A stretch of 64,000 bases of DNA from a virus (lineage: Duplodnaviria; Caudoviricetes), in the IMG/VR virus record IMGVR_UViG_3300020434_000055. One strand, given 5' to 3'. Positions 48,022 through 57,209 of this stretch are shown here, piece after piece. Numbering within the stretch: position 1 is the first letter of the stretch; every line of letters starts with the position of its first letter. Under the pieces are notes generated by a model, which saw nothing but the letters and a program-made list of their open reading frames with translations, was not told the origin of the DNA and did no database searches. A program made the position numbers and the translations under genes.

Positions 48022-49665
48022 ATGTCAAAACTTTTAACAAGCAAATGGGCAGTTTGTATCACTTTATTGATTCTTTTACTCATTAAGTGGGCAGACCCAA
48101 CCCCTATTCAATCAGCAAAACTTACGACCTTTGATTCTTATCAAAAATTTGGACAACACCTTGACTCAAAGAGCTTAATTCTGTTAGATATATCCGATGG
48201 ATCCTTAACAAAAGGAGGTCAATGGCCTTGGAAACGAGATAACATAGGTCGAGTAATAGTTAATGCATATCGCAATGGCGCCGCCTTGGTAGTACTTCAA
48301 GTCGTATTTGCACATAAAGATAGGCTAGGTGGAGATGAAATGTTTCTTAAAATGATTTCAAGATATCCAATTATCCTTACTGAAACTAATGATGTTAAAA
48401 ACTTGCTCAGCATTGAACGAAAAGCACTTGCAATAGGTAACGTAGATGTACCTGTTGATATAGATGGCACAATAAGAAAACTTCCACTTGAAAATTCTAT
48501 TCCAGAAGTAGTACTAAAAGTAATCAAGTTTCCTACTAAAGCAAAAAATGACATATGGATAGACTTCCGTCATCATATTCCAAGAATAGATGCTACTGAT
48601 AAAGACTGGTCAGCAATGAAAGGCAAAATAGTTTTTATTGGAACTACATTTAAAGGTTCAACATTTGTTACTACTCCTAATGGCTTAAAAAATACACACG
48701 AGATAATGGCTATTAGTACTGAAACATTATTGTCAGGCAAATTTATTAGTAGACCAGATTGGCTAGAAAAAATGGAATGGGCATTTGTTATTATAGGAAG
48801 TATACTATTTCTAATTTTAATTCCAAGACTAGGTGTCCTATGGAGTTTTGTACCTATTATAGTTTATCTAAGTATTGTCCTTGGAGCAAGTGCTTACCTA
48901 TGGACAACAAATCTATATCTTACAGAATGGTTAACACCTGTTGTAATTGTTACCTTTGTTTGGGGACATTTAATATACAATAATTTTGCACGTGAGAACA
49001 GATTAAAATTACAAATCAAAAGACAGTTTGAACACTACCTTGCACCCGACATGGTTAAGAAGTTACAAAAAGATCCTTCACTATTAAAACTGGGTGGCGA
49101 AACAAAAACAATGACATTTATGTTTTCAGACATACGAGGCTTTACTCCTATATCAGAAAAATTTAAAAGCAATCCTGCAGGACTTACAAAACTTATTAAC
49201 AGATTCTTAACACGTATGACAAATGTTGTAATTGCTAATAATGGAACTATAGACAAATTCATGGGCGATTGTATTATGGCATTTTGGAATGCACCAATTG
49301 ACGTTAGAGATCATCAAGGTTGTGCTATTAGAACTGCTTTATTAATGACCGTTGAATTAACTGCATTAAACAAAGAACTAAAAGCAGAAGGACTACCTAC
49401 CATTAACATAGGCATAGGAATTAACACAGGTAAAGCACTTGTAGGAAATATGGGTTCTGATCAACGGTTTGACTACTCTGTAATAGGAGACCCTGTTAAT
49501 CTTGCATCACGTTTAGAAAGTTCTAGCAAAACTTTAGGTGAAACTATAATAATTTCAGAAAATACTATACAAGGCAGAGAGCATTTATACCCTTTTAAAT
49601 TCATAGATAGCATTACTGTTAAAGGTAAAACCGAAAAAATCAAGGTTTATACAATAACAACTTAA
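48022..49665 (+). CDS. CHASE2-domain class III adenylate/guanylate cyclase
   Basis: GQWPW.R, VDIDG.IR, three TM helices, F..YL.P, LGGE, MFSDIRGFT..SE, GTIDKFMGDCIMAFWNAP, IGIGINTG...VGNMGS..RFDYSVIGD.VNLASRLES. Confidence 0.95.
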   Translation: MSKLLTSKWAVCITLLILLLIKWADPTPIQSAKLTTFDSYQKFGQHLDSKSLILLDISDGSLTKGGQWPWKRDNIGRVIVNAYRNGAALVVLQVVFAHKDRLGGDEMFLKMISRYPIILTETNDVKNLLSIERKALAIGNVDVPVDIDGTIRKLPLENSIPEVVLKVIKFPTKAKNDIWIDFRHHIPRIDATDKDWSAMKGKIVFIGTTFKGSTFVTTPNGLKNTHEIMAISTETLLSGKFISRPDWLEKMEWAFVIIGSILFLILIPRLGVLWSFVPIIVYLSIVLGASAYLWTTNLYLTEWLTPVVIVTFVWGHLIYNNFARENRLKLQIKRQFEHYLAPDMVKKLQKDPSLLKLGGETKTMTFMFSDIRGFTPISEKFKSNPAGLTKLINRFLTRMTNVVIANNGTIDKFMGDCIMAFWNAPIDVRDHQGCAIRTALLMTVELTALNKELKAEGLPTINIGIGINTGKALVGNMGSDQRFDYSVIGDPVNLASRLESSSKTLGETIIISENTIQGREHLYPFKFIDSITVKGKTEKIKVYTITT

Positions 49666-49693
49666 CCCTGTTTTTTAGATATAAATAGTTTTA

Positions 49694-49861
49694 ATGGAAC
49701 CAACAGAAGCAATAACGATATTATCTAAGCTATGGCCTATCTTTGTGGCCTTCATAATGTTAATTGTGGTTCTCGCTCAATCGCATTATCGAATCAAGGT
49801 GCTAGAGGAGAAGGTTAAAGTTGCGTTCGAATTAATTAATAAGCTCACTAACAAGAAATAA
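49694..49861 (+). CDS. Small TM + coiled-coil protein (55 aa), not in ORF track
   Basis: MEPTEAITILSKLWPIFVAFIMLIVVLAQSHYRIKVLEEKVKVAFELINKLTNKK*; perfect TATAAATA at 49680-49687. Confidence 0.7.
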   Translation: MEPTEAITILSKLWPIFVAFIMLIVVLAQSHYRIKVLEEKVKVAFELINKLTNKK

Positions 49862-49936
49862 ACTCACTTAACTTTTATAGCCATTTAACTTTGCGGTAAA
49901 TGACCGTAAATAAATTAGTGAACGAAGGAAAATAAT

Positions 49937-50242
49937 ATGGAAAAATTCTTTATGGTAATTGTGTTTTGCATAGGTGCAGAATGCCAAGGTATTTGGCAAG
50001 AGTCTACTTATAACAGTATGGCTAATTGTATTAATGCATCACCTATGGTTAAAGAATATTTTATGGCTACATTTCCAGAATCCCGTGGAGAAATCTACTG
50101 TATGGACGGTATTCAATTTACCGAGTGGAGAAAATGGGTAGAAGATGGTAATAGCCCAGAAATTATTATACCATTGGAAGATCCTGATTCACCTAGAAGT
50201 TTTATCCCTAAGAGTAAAAACGTACCTCAAGGGTTAAACTAA
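49937..50242 (+). CDS. Small secreted Cys-containing protein
   Basis: Hydrophobic N-terminus, C-x4-C, YNSMANC...C; similar to 2505-2717. Confidence 0.65.
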   Translation: MEKFFMVIVFCIGAECQGIWQESTYNSMANCINASPMVKEYFMATFPESRGEIYCMDGIQFTEWRKWVEDGNSPEIIIPLEDPDSPRSFIPKSKNVPQGLN

Positions 50243-50407
50243 TGGACTTTTCTAATAAAACCTGGCTACAATTATTCATAGTAGTAGTGCTAATAGCACT
50301 ACTCTTAGGGTAGACCTCTCAATAATACAATTAAAGTACTCTTGATCCGGTGGCATATTTGCCATTAGAGCGGTAAATACTGCTATTAGGGTCAAACGGA
50401 CAGGAAA

Positions 50408-50668
50408 ATGAAAAAGACGACAAGGTCGATTTTAGATGATTTGCATAGTATTCATAGAGTAAAGGATACTGAAGCATTTCTAGAAACTACAGGTAGCAAC
50501 ATTATAGAAAGTGCTGTTAACCTATTAAACGTTATCAACAATAACTATCCTCCTGATCAGGCCCAAGAACTAGAACGAAGATTCATTAATTCTATTAAAA
50601 ATGGTGAATCAAAAAAATTTAAAGTGGGTATTAAAAAGATTATTGAGGGTAAGCAGGATGAATCTTAA
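50408..50668 (+). CDS. Phage hypothetical protein
   Basis: ORF track; AGGA SD; overlaps next gene. Confidence 0.7.
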   Translation: MKKTTRSILDDLHSIHRVKDTEAFLETTGSNIIESAVNLLNVINNNYPPDQAQELERRFINSIKNGESKKFKVGIKKIIEGKQDES

Positions 50669-51407
50669 TGAAGGTGGAAATATATTCAGAGGTCCTGACG
50701 GTAAACCTACAACTCAAAGAATTAATCAAGCAGACGTAGATCCAACAATTGCCTGGCTAGAAAAAGTTACAGGCTTATCTTTACAATCAAACAAATTAGG
50801 AACTACAGGCATCAAGTCTACAAGTGGAGATATTGATGTTGCAGTAGATCAAAACAAAATTACAAAAGATCAACTAGTAACAAAATTGACACAATGGGCT
50901 CAAGCTAATAAGCAAGACCCGTCAAAATGGATTAAGAAAAGTGGTATAAGTGTTCATTTTAAAACACCCATCAATGGTAGTGCTAAAAATGGATACGTAC
51001 AAACTGACTTAATGTTCGGAGACCCAAATTGGATGTCCTGGAGTTTGAAAGGATCAGCTCCAGGGTCCAATTACACAGGTGCAGACAGACACGTGTTCAT
51101 AGCCAGCATTTCAAAAGCAAGAGGTTATAAATGGAGTCACAAAGCCGGACTTTTAAAAAGAACAACTAATGAACCAGTATCTAAAAATCCTGATGAAATT
51201 GCATCACTCTTACTAGGAAGAAATGCTAAAGGATCTGATCTTGATAGTGTAGAAAATATTCATAACAATATAAAAGGTGCTTCAGACTATGAAGAACTAG
51301 TTGCCGACTTTAGAGATAGTCTTGCAAAAATAGGAAAGAAATTACCTGAGCACGTTATTGAAGGAGTTCCTGTATGGTTCAGGAGTTTAATTAATCGTAT
51401 AAAATGA
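50658..51407 (+). CDS. Putative Pol-beta-superfamily nucleotidyltransferase (start revised from 50601)
   Basis: LGTTG.KSTSGDIDVAVD and later YVQTDLMF supply a G[GS]/DxD/D catalytic pattern. Confidence 0.65.
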   Translation: MNLNEGGNIFRGPDGKPTTQRINQADVDPTIAWLEKVTGLSLQSNKLGTTGIKSTSGDIDVAVDQNKITKDQLVTKLTQWAQANKQDPSKWIKKSGISVHFKTPINGSAKNGYVQTDLMFGDPNWMSWSLKGSAPGSNYTGADRHVFIASISKARGYKWSHKAGLLKRTTNEPVSKNPDEIASLLLGRNAKGSDLDSVENIHNNIKGASDYEELVADFRDSLAKIGKKLPEHVIEGVPVWFRSLINRIK

Positions 51408-52540
51408 AATTAGTAGAATTTAAAAAAGTAACTGGTAACTGCAAAACTCCTTTATTGGAAAAAGCGAGAATTGATCACGCAGAAGATCTTATTTTCTGGG
51501 AAGGTAGTAGAGGTGCATTAAGAGCCATAAGCCAAATAGAAAGTTTAGCAAAAAATCCTAAAAATCTTACAATTAAATGGGATGGTGCACCAGCAGTAGT
51601 ATTTGGTAGAAATCCTAATGGAGAATTTATTTTTACAGATAAACATGGCTTTCATGCAAAAACATATGATGGTAGACCTACAAATCCAGATGACCTAAAA
51701 GGAATGATTGGATCCCGAGCAGAAAAAAATCCAGCAAAAGCAGATTCATATGAAAGATATGCAAGTAAATTAGCACCTGTTTTTACTTTCGCCGAAAAAG
51801 CAATACCTAATAAGTTTCAAGGTTATTATAATGGAGATATGTTATATTTTGAATCTCCGCAAGTAAGAGAAAACAGATTTGTGTTTAAACCTAATGTCGT
51901 TGAATATAGTGTAGATACAACAAGTGATTTAGGAAAAAGAATAGCAAAAAGTAAAGCTGGAGTAGTAGTTCATAATATGATGAGTGAACAAGGAAGAATT
52001 TTGCCTATTGATGATCTTAAAACAATACAAGGTAATCAATTTTTAGTAATTCCTCCTACAACTGTAAACAAACAAGTAAACATTGATACCAATGCATTAA
52101 ATCGAATTAAAAGTGTTGTTAGTCAAAATGCTAATGCCATAGATGCTTTACTAGATAAGAACAAATTAGCAAGTATGAAACTAACTGACCTACCTAATAC
52201 ATTATACACATATACAAATAGTTGCGTAGAAAGAAATTGTTTAATTAATCTAGGTTCTGATTTTTCTAGATGGTTAATGACAAGTTCAGTAAGCGACCCT
52301 AAGAAACAAAAAATTATAGAATATGTAAAACAAAATATGAACGCTTTCGTGGCCCTTTGGAATACAGTAAGTGGTATTATGAAAGCAAAAGATAATATAA
52401 TAGGTCAATTAGATACTGCCCAAGGAGATGTACAAGCAACTGTTAACGGTAAACCTGGTGGAGAAGGTTATGTCTTAGGCGACATAAAACTTGTTAGAAG
52501 ATCCGGTTTTACTAAAGCCAATAGAGCAATAAATAGATAA
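51404..52540 (+). CDS. Putative ATP-dependent ligase-like (covalent nucleotidyltransferase) protein
   Basis: TIKWDG (motif I), YNGDMLY (III), GEGYVL (IV), IKLV (V). Confidence 0.6.
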   Translation: MKLVEFKKVTGNCKTPLLEKARIDHAEDLIFWEGSRGALRAISQIESLAKNPKNLTIKWDGAPAVVFGRNPNGEFIFTDKHGFHAKTYDGRPTNPDDLKGMIGSRAEKNPAKADSYERYASKLAPVFTFAEKAIPNKFQGYYNGDMLYFESPQVRENRFVFKPNVVEYSVDTTSDLGKRIAKSKAGVVVHNMMSEQGRILPIDDLKTIQGNQFLVIPPTTVNKQVNIDTNALNRIKSVVSQNANAIDALLDKNKLASMKLTDLPNTLYTYTNSCVERNCLINLGSDFSRWLMTSSVSDPKKQKIIEYVKQNMNAFVALWNTVSGIMKAKDNIIGQLDTAQGDVQATVNGKPGGEGYVLGDIKLVRRSGFTKANRAINR

Positions 52541-52552
52541 AAGGAGAATGAT

Positions 52553-52909
52553 ATGAGATTTAATGAATTTAAAGATCCAGCTGATTTGGATCCTTCATCA
52601 ACTTACGATAAAGACTTTAAAGAAGATTCTCTCTTTAATCAGTTAGGAAAAGTTTTAGATAGTCAAGGTAATCCTAAACCCGTAGATACCGTAGTAACAG
52701 ATGATGGTCAATCACACAGAGTAACTGTAGCCCAAGCACAGATGTTAAGAGATTTATTAACGTCAGAACAAATTAAACCAGCTATAAGATTACAATTTAC
52801 TAAAGATATACAAAATTCTGCAACATTAACTAAATTTTTACAGACACCAGATATGATAACATTATTTGGACAAATGTATATGAACGTGGATGACAGAGGT
52901 GGGCAATAA
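52553..52909 (+). CDS. Phage hypothetical protein
   Basis: MRFNEF start; AAGGAG SD. Confidence 0.7.
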   Translation: MRFNEFKDPADLDPSSTYDKDFKEDSLFNQLGKVLDSQGNPKPVDTVVTDDGQSHRVTVAQAQMLRDLLTSEQIKPAIRLQFTKDIQNSATLTKFLQTPDMITLFGQMYMNVDDRGGQ

Positions 52910-53278
52910 ATGTCTATACCAACAAAATCAGATATTCATGGTAGAATAGTACCAGACGTTGAAGCACTAAAAAGTGAAGCCTTAGCTTTAGCTAAAGAAA
53001 CTCAAGAAATAGCGGCAAAGAAAGTAGCAATGGCTAGTGACTTTGCAACACAAAAACTCAATGGTTCTATATCTGAAATAGAGTTTAATAATTTAGTTGG
53101 GGACTTAGATAACATGGAAGCCATCGCAGAGAAAATGGCCATAAGAGTTCCTAATTTACCTTCACCAGAAAAAGAATTAAAAAAAAGCATGAATGCATTA
53201 AGACGTGATTTAGCAGATAACAAAAAGAAAATAGCCGAATCTACAAAGAAATTAAATGAGTTAGGAATTTCTGTATAA
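52910..53278 (+). CDS. Hypothetical coiled-coil protein
   Basis: ORF track. Confidence 0.65.
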   Translation: MSIPTKSDIHGRIVPDVEALKSEALALAKETQEIAAKKVAMASDFATQKLNGSISEIEFNNLVGDLDNMEAIAEKMAIRVPNLPSPEKELKKSMNALRRDLADNKKKIAESTKKLNELGISV

Positions 53279-53560
53279 ATGTGTATAAAATACGACAGAT
53301 ATGTTAAATGGGTTAAAACTTTACCTAAAAAAACAAAAGGTAAAAGTACAGTCCAACATTGGATTCTTCCTGAAAGTATAGGCGGAACAGATACAAAAGA
53401 AAATAAAGTATATCTAACTCATGAGGATCATGTTGCATCTCATAAAAAACTTATTGAATGTTTTAAGTCTCCTAAAAAAGACAAAATGAAAGAAGCTTTA
53501 ATTTCAGCTCAATTTGACCAACATTTATTTAAATTTCATTCAAATAAACTGAGTAATTAA
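53279..53560 (+). CDS. Short HNH-like protein
   Basis: HWILPESIGGTD..EN.VYLT.EDH...H..L resembles the HNH motif of phage homing endonucleases; no DNA-binding tail. Confidence 0.6.
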   Translation: MCIKYDRYVKWVKTLPKKTKGKSTVQHWILPESIGGTDTKENKVYLTHEDHVASHKKLIECFKSPKKDKMKEALISAQFDQHLFKFHSNKLSN

Positions 53561-53562
53561 TT

Positions 53563-54453
53563 ATGTTAGATGATAAAAGTATGCAATTTATAGAAGAAAT
53601 ATATGAAGCTAGAATGACTCGTAATGCTTATGGTCAAATGGAATTATCCTATACAGATTGTTGCGAAAGATTATATCTAAGTGTTTTAATTTTAGCATTA
53701 TTAAGTCAATATTCTACATACAAACATTTTGCAAAGTCTTATGCTAAAGAAACAACAGCTCATTCTTCCTACAAACGTTTTAGAATGAATAGTACTGACC
53801 TGTACAATTTTATATACTTTGTTACAGGAGATGAAAAGGCTATCAATAAATTAAAAGATCCAAAAAGTGCAATGATATTAAGAAATAGAACTTCCATACC
53901 AACAATGGCTTTAAACAGATACCTTTCTAAATTGGCAACTAGTTCTCGAGCAACAGATATGCAATTATTAGTAAATTTAGAAACGGGTTTAAAAATTAGA
54001 AATGCAGATTATAAAGCAATTAGAAGAGACATAACAAATTATGGTAGATTATCTGAAAGAGCTCGTAAAAAAGCAGTAACTAAATTACTTTTTGCCGCTA
54101 GAGCAAAATTAAGAAACAGTGATATTATTGAACACTTAGAAAGATTAGCAATAGATAAAGATTTAGAAACAGGATTAATTAGAGATAGAGAACCTAAAAT
54201 TAGCACACCAGACATAGGTGGTCTTACAGGTAGAGATCTTGCTATGTATAGATATCTTACAGGTACTAAAAATATACAAGCATTAAAACGATTTGTAGAC
54301 TTTGCACTAGCCGGAAGACCTATACCTTCTACATTTGTCCAAGCATATTTGCCAGCTATAAAAATGATTGACGATATTGTTAAAGGTGGCCCAGCATTAG
54401 TAGGCGTTTTAAAAACTTTACAAAAAAGAGCCCAAAAAGTACGTAGAACGTAA
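53563..54453 (+). CDS. Phage hypothetical protein
   Basis: ORF track; in the late-type gene block. Confidence 0.7.
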   Translation: MLDDKSMQFIEEIYEARMTRNAYGQMELSYTDCCERLYLSVLILALLSQYSTYKHFAKSYAKETTAHSSYKRFRMNSTDLYNFIYFVTGDEKAINKLKDPKSAMILRNRTSIPTMALNRYLSKLATSSRATDMQLLVNLETGLKIRNADYKAIRRDITNYGRLSERARKKAVTKLLFAARAKLRNSDIIEHLERLAIDKDLETGLIRDREPKISTPDIGGLTGRDLAMYRYLTGTKNIQALKRFVDFALAGRPIPSTFVQAYLPAIKMIDDIVKGGPALVGVLKTLQKRAQKVRRT

Positions 54454-54680
54454 AAAATTAACTCATATTAGAAGTTTTTCTTCGAAAACACTAAATATCT
54501 ATAACACAATCCACAGAGTGTGGATTGCCATTAACGAGAAGAGGAGTACAAATAATGGCGAGCATGACTAAATCAATTTCACCATCATTTTCCTTTTATC
54601 GTAATTTTAATAGGTAGTTGACCATATTTCAACCTGTCCGTTGACATGGAAGATTATCATTAATTTAAGGGAGAATAAAA

Positions 54681-55082
54681 ATGGCAGGCGTAGTAAAAGT
54701 AAACCCGACGTTGTCTAATACAACGAACCATTTTTCTGGCAAGACTATTACAGCAGTTACAGTTGACTTTGCAGTTAACGGTACTGACTTTACAGCTACA
54801 GAAATGGGTGCCTTAGGTGCGGTTCAGGCGGCAATTAGCACGTTAACCAAAGAAGCTTTTCCAATCATCATGACCCAAATAAGATCAGATGGTTCAAATG
54901 ATGGACAAGTTTTCGACATGATTTTCGAAGGTGACTTCGGAACTCAAAAGTACGATGGTTCTAACGATGAAACTTTTGCGGCTTACCTTCAAACGGAGTT
55001 AAGACTATTAACTTCAGTTGGAGTTGGATCGGTTAACCTAAATGGCGCGACAGTTGTTGCGGCTACGGCGGCTTCATTCTAA
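54681..55082 (+). CDS. Putative virion structural protein, paralog 1 of 4
   Basis: Ala/Gly/Thr-rich; AGGGAG SD; similar size and composition to the next three ORFs. Confidence 0.65.
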   Translation: MAGVVKVNPTLSNTTNHFSGKTITAVTVDFAVNGTDFTATEMGALGAVQAAISTLTKEAFPIIMTQIRSDGSNDGQVFDMIFEGDFGTQKYDGSNDETFAAYLQTELRLLTSVGVGSVNLNGATVVAATAASF

Positions 55083-55189
55083 TTAAATTAGGATGATTAA
55101 TTAACTTTAGGGTGCCCATTTAAGGGCACTCTAGAAAAACAAAATCCACTGAGCGTGGATTTGTCATTAAGAGAAAAAGGAGAAAAAAA

Positions 55190-55516
55190 ATGGCAACAGT
55201 AACAAGAACAAACGGATTAGGACACGAACACGAAGTTCTATATTCAACAGCAAATCTAAAAGCATATGTATTAGATGCACCAAATCTAGCAGGTGAAGGT
55301 GGAATCGGTGGAGCTCTAGAGCACATCGGACAAGATCTTCAACCCCTTATGATGAACTCAGAAGGAACTGGTGGTAAGGTTAATCTAATCATGGACGGCA
55401 GTCAATCAACAGCCGCTTCATTACAAACACAAGTACAAGCATGGGGTACAGTGTCTGGCATAGATTTTTCCAGTGCAACAATAACTGAAGGTGGAGAAAT
55501 ATTAGTTTCCGCGTAA
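55190..55516 (+). CDS. Putative virion structural protein, paralog 2 of 4
   Basis: MATVTRTNG start; AAGGAG SD. Confidence 0.65.
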   Translation: MATVTRTNGLGHEHEVLYSTANLKAYVLDAPNLAGEGGIGGALEHIGQDLQPLMMNSEGTGGKVNLIMDGSQSTAASLQTQVQAWGTVSGIDFSSATITEGGEILVSA

Positions 55517-55559
55517 GGTTATAATTTTATATTAATAATATTTTAAAAGGAGAAATAAA

Positions 55560-55850
55560 ATGGCAGGCGCAACAGCATCAGCAAATGCAGGTAAATCTAC
55601 AGCAGGCGAAATGTACGGAAAAGACGTTAATTACGTTAATTTCGCTAAAAGTAACATAACTCAAGCAGAAATGAACACAGTAATCAGAGAAGTACAAAAA
55701 ACAGGTACAATTTTGGCTATTGGTACATTTGTAGCAGGTACAACTGACAGCGTAAATGTTAGTCATGAAGGACCAGCTGTAACTATGGGTAGTGACTTTG
55801 GTGGAGCTACTGGAGTAACATCTTCAGCTACTTTGCATACATCTTGGTAA
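55560..55850 (+). CDS. Putative virion structural protein, paralog 3 of 4
   Basis: EMYGKDVNYVNF block; AAGGAG SD. Confidence 0.65.
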   Translation: MAGATASANAGKSTAGEMYGKDVNYVNFAKSNITQAEMNTVIREVQKTGTILAIGTFVAGTTDSVNVSHEGPAVTMGSDFGGATGVTSSATLHTSW

Positions 55851-55938
55851 TTTTAATTATTAAGAAATTTTAATTTTAGGGTGTCCTTTTTAGGACACTC
55901 TAAAGAAGTTTAAACAAATAATATATAGGAGACAAACA

Positions 55939-56283
55939 ATGCCAGCATTATCAGGAAGTAATGGAAGCACATCAGCAAATGGTGTAGAATTTTTATCAAA
56001 AGATATTGATTTCTACAAATTTACTGGTTACACAGGTATTCATACTGCACCAGGCGACGCAGGATCAGTTTATCATAAATTGATGACAGCAGTAGCCAGT
56101 GAAGCGAATATCGTAGTAATAGGTACACCAGCGGCTAATGACATTACACTAGGTTTAGAAGGCGGTTACGAAGGAGTTTCAGGAACAGGAAACGCGGCAC
56201 AATTAAAAGTTGTTGCAGATGCGGCTACTGGAGTTTCAGGAACAGTAGCGGCTACGTCACTTTCGGGCGACGGTTTAGCGTAA
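55939..56283 (+). CDS. Putative virion structural protein, paralog 4 of 4
   Basis: EFLSKDIDFYKF block; AGGAG SD. Confidence 0.65.
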   Translation: MPALSGSNGSTSANGVEFLSKDIDFYKFTGYTGIHTAPGDAGSVYHKLMTAVASEANIVVIGTPAANDITLGLEGGYEGVSGTGNAAQLKVVADAATGVSGTVAATSLSGDGLA

Positions 56284-56324
56284 TTAATACTAATAAGAAT
56301 TCGAATTTTTAGATTCTTCGAATT

Positions 56325-56356
56325 AAGGGTGTTCAAGAAATTGGACACCCTTTTTT
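56325..56356 (+). terminator. Rho-independent terminator
   Basis: AAGGGTGTTCAA-GAAA-TTGGACACCCTT followed by a T-run. Confidence 0.85.
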
Positions 56357-56395
56357 CATCTATAATAAGTACTACTAACTTAGAGAAGATAGTTT

Positions 56396-56839
56396 ATGAG
56401 AATTCAAGCATTATCATTAGTAGATATAACAAAAACAGGAAAACATAAAAACAATAGTAAAGATGATAAAGCTATATTTCAAAACGCCAATTATCTTACA
56501 TTTCAAAACTGCATTATGTTAAGGTCTAACATTATATCTGACACTACTCCAAAAGTAGAAACAATGAATGTAGTCAATACAACTTTTGGAACTTCATATT
56601 CAGGAGAACACAAAGTATGGAATATGATATTTGATACAGAAAGAGATGAAGCAACAACGTTAGATCTTTTAAGGGAAGATATTGATTTAGTACCTATAAT
56701 ACCTAGTTTAGATGAAACTATCAAAATAAACAATGATGTATTTAGAACAAGCGATCCTGAATATAATAACGTTTTATTCATTAATTTAGGAGAAGACGTT
56801 AAAACAGTAGATAACCTAGATACACCTGAAAATAAATAG
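56396..56839 (+). CDS. Phage hypothetical protein
   Basis: TAAGTA upstream; LVDITKTG..., Q.AN.LTF motif. Confidence 0.7.
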   Translation: MRIQALSLVDITKTGKHKNNSKDDKAIFQNANYLTFQNCIMLRSNIISDTTPKVETMNVVNTTFGTSYSGEHKVWNMIFDTERDEATTLDLLREDIDLVPIIPSLDETIKINNDVFRTSDPEYNNVLFINLGEDVKTVDNLDTPENK

Positions 56840-56920
56840 TAACATTAAACATTCAAGGCATTTTTAGGCGAATCTTAGGCCCTTCCAAAAGATAATTAAA
56901 TATAAGGAAGAGAGAAAAAA

Positions 56921-57160
56921 ATGGCAGAGTCCAAAACTATAGAACAAAAAAATTTAGAAGCACACGTAGAATTGTGCCATCAAAGATATCAGGCTTTAGA
57001 AGATCGACTGGAAAAAATAGAAAGAACAGTTGAATCTATACACAAAGATATCCAACATGGTAACAAATCTATGATTAAAGTAATCATTGGTGCTACCGGT
57101 ACCATTGTGGCAGGTCTCCTTTCGACAATCGTAGTTCTTTTATTGAAGTTTCCACTATAA
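56921..57160 (+). CDS. Coiled-coil + C-terminal TM protein (holin-like architecture)
   Basis: LEAHVELC..RY..LE.RL heptads then a 22-aa hydrophobic helix. Confidence 0.6.
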   Translation: MAESKTIEQKNLEAHVELCHQRYQALEDRLEKIERTVESIHKDIQHGNKSMIKVIIGATGTIVAGLLSTIVVLLLKFPL

Positions 57161-57209
57161 TATACTAACCCCCCTAAATCACTAAATACAATCATACACT
57201 GGGAGAAGT

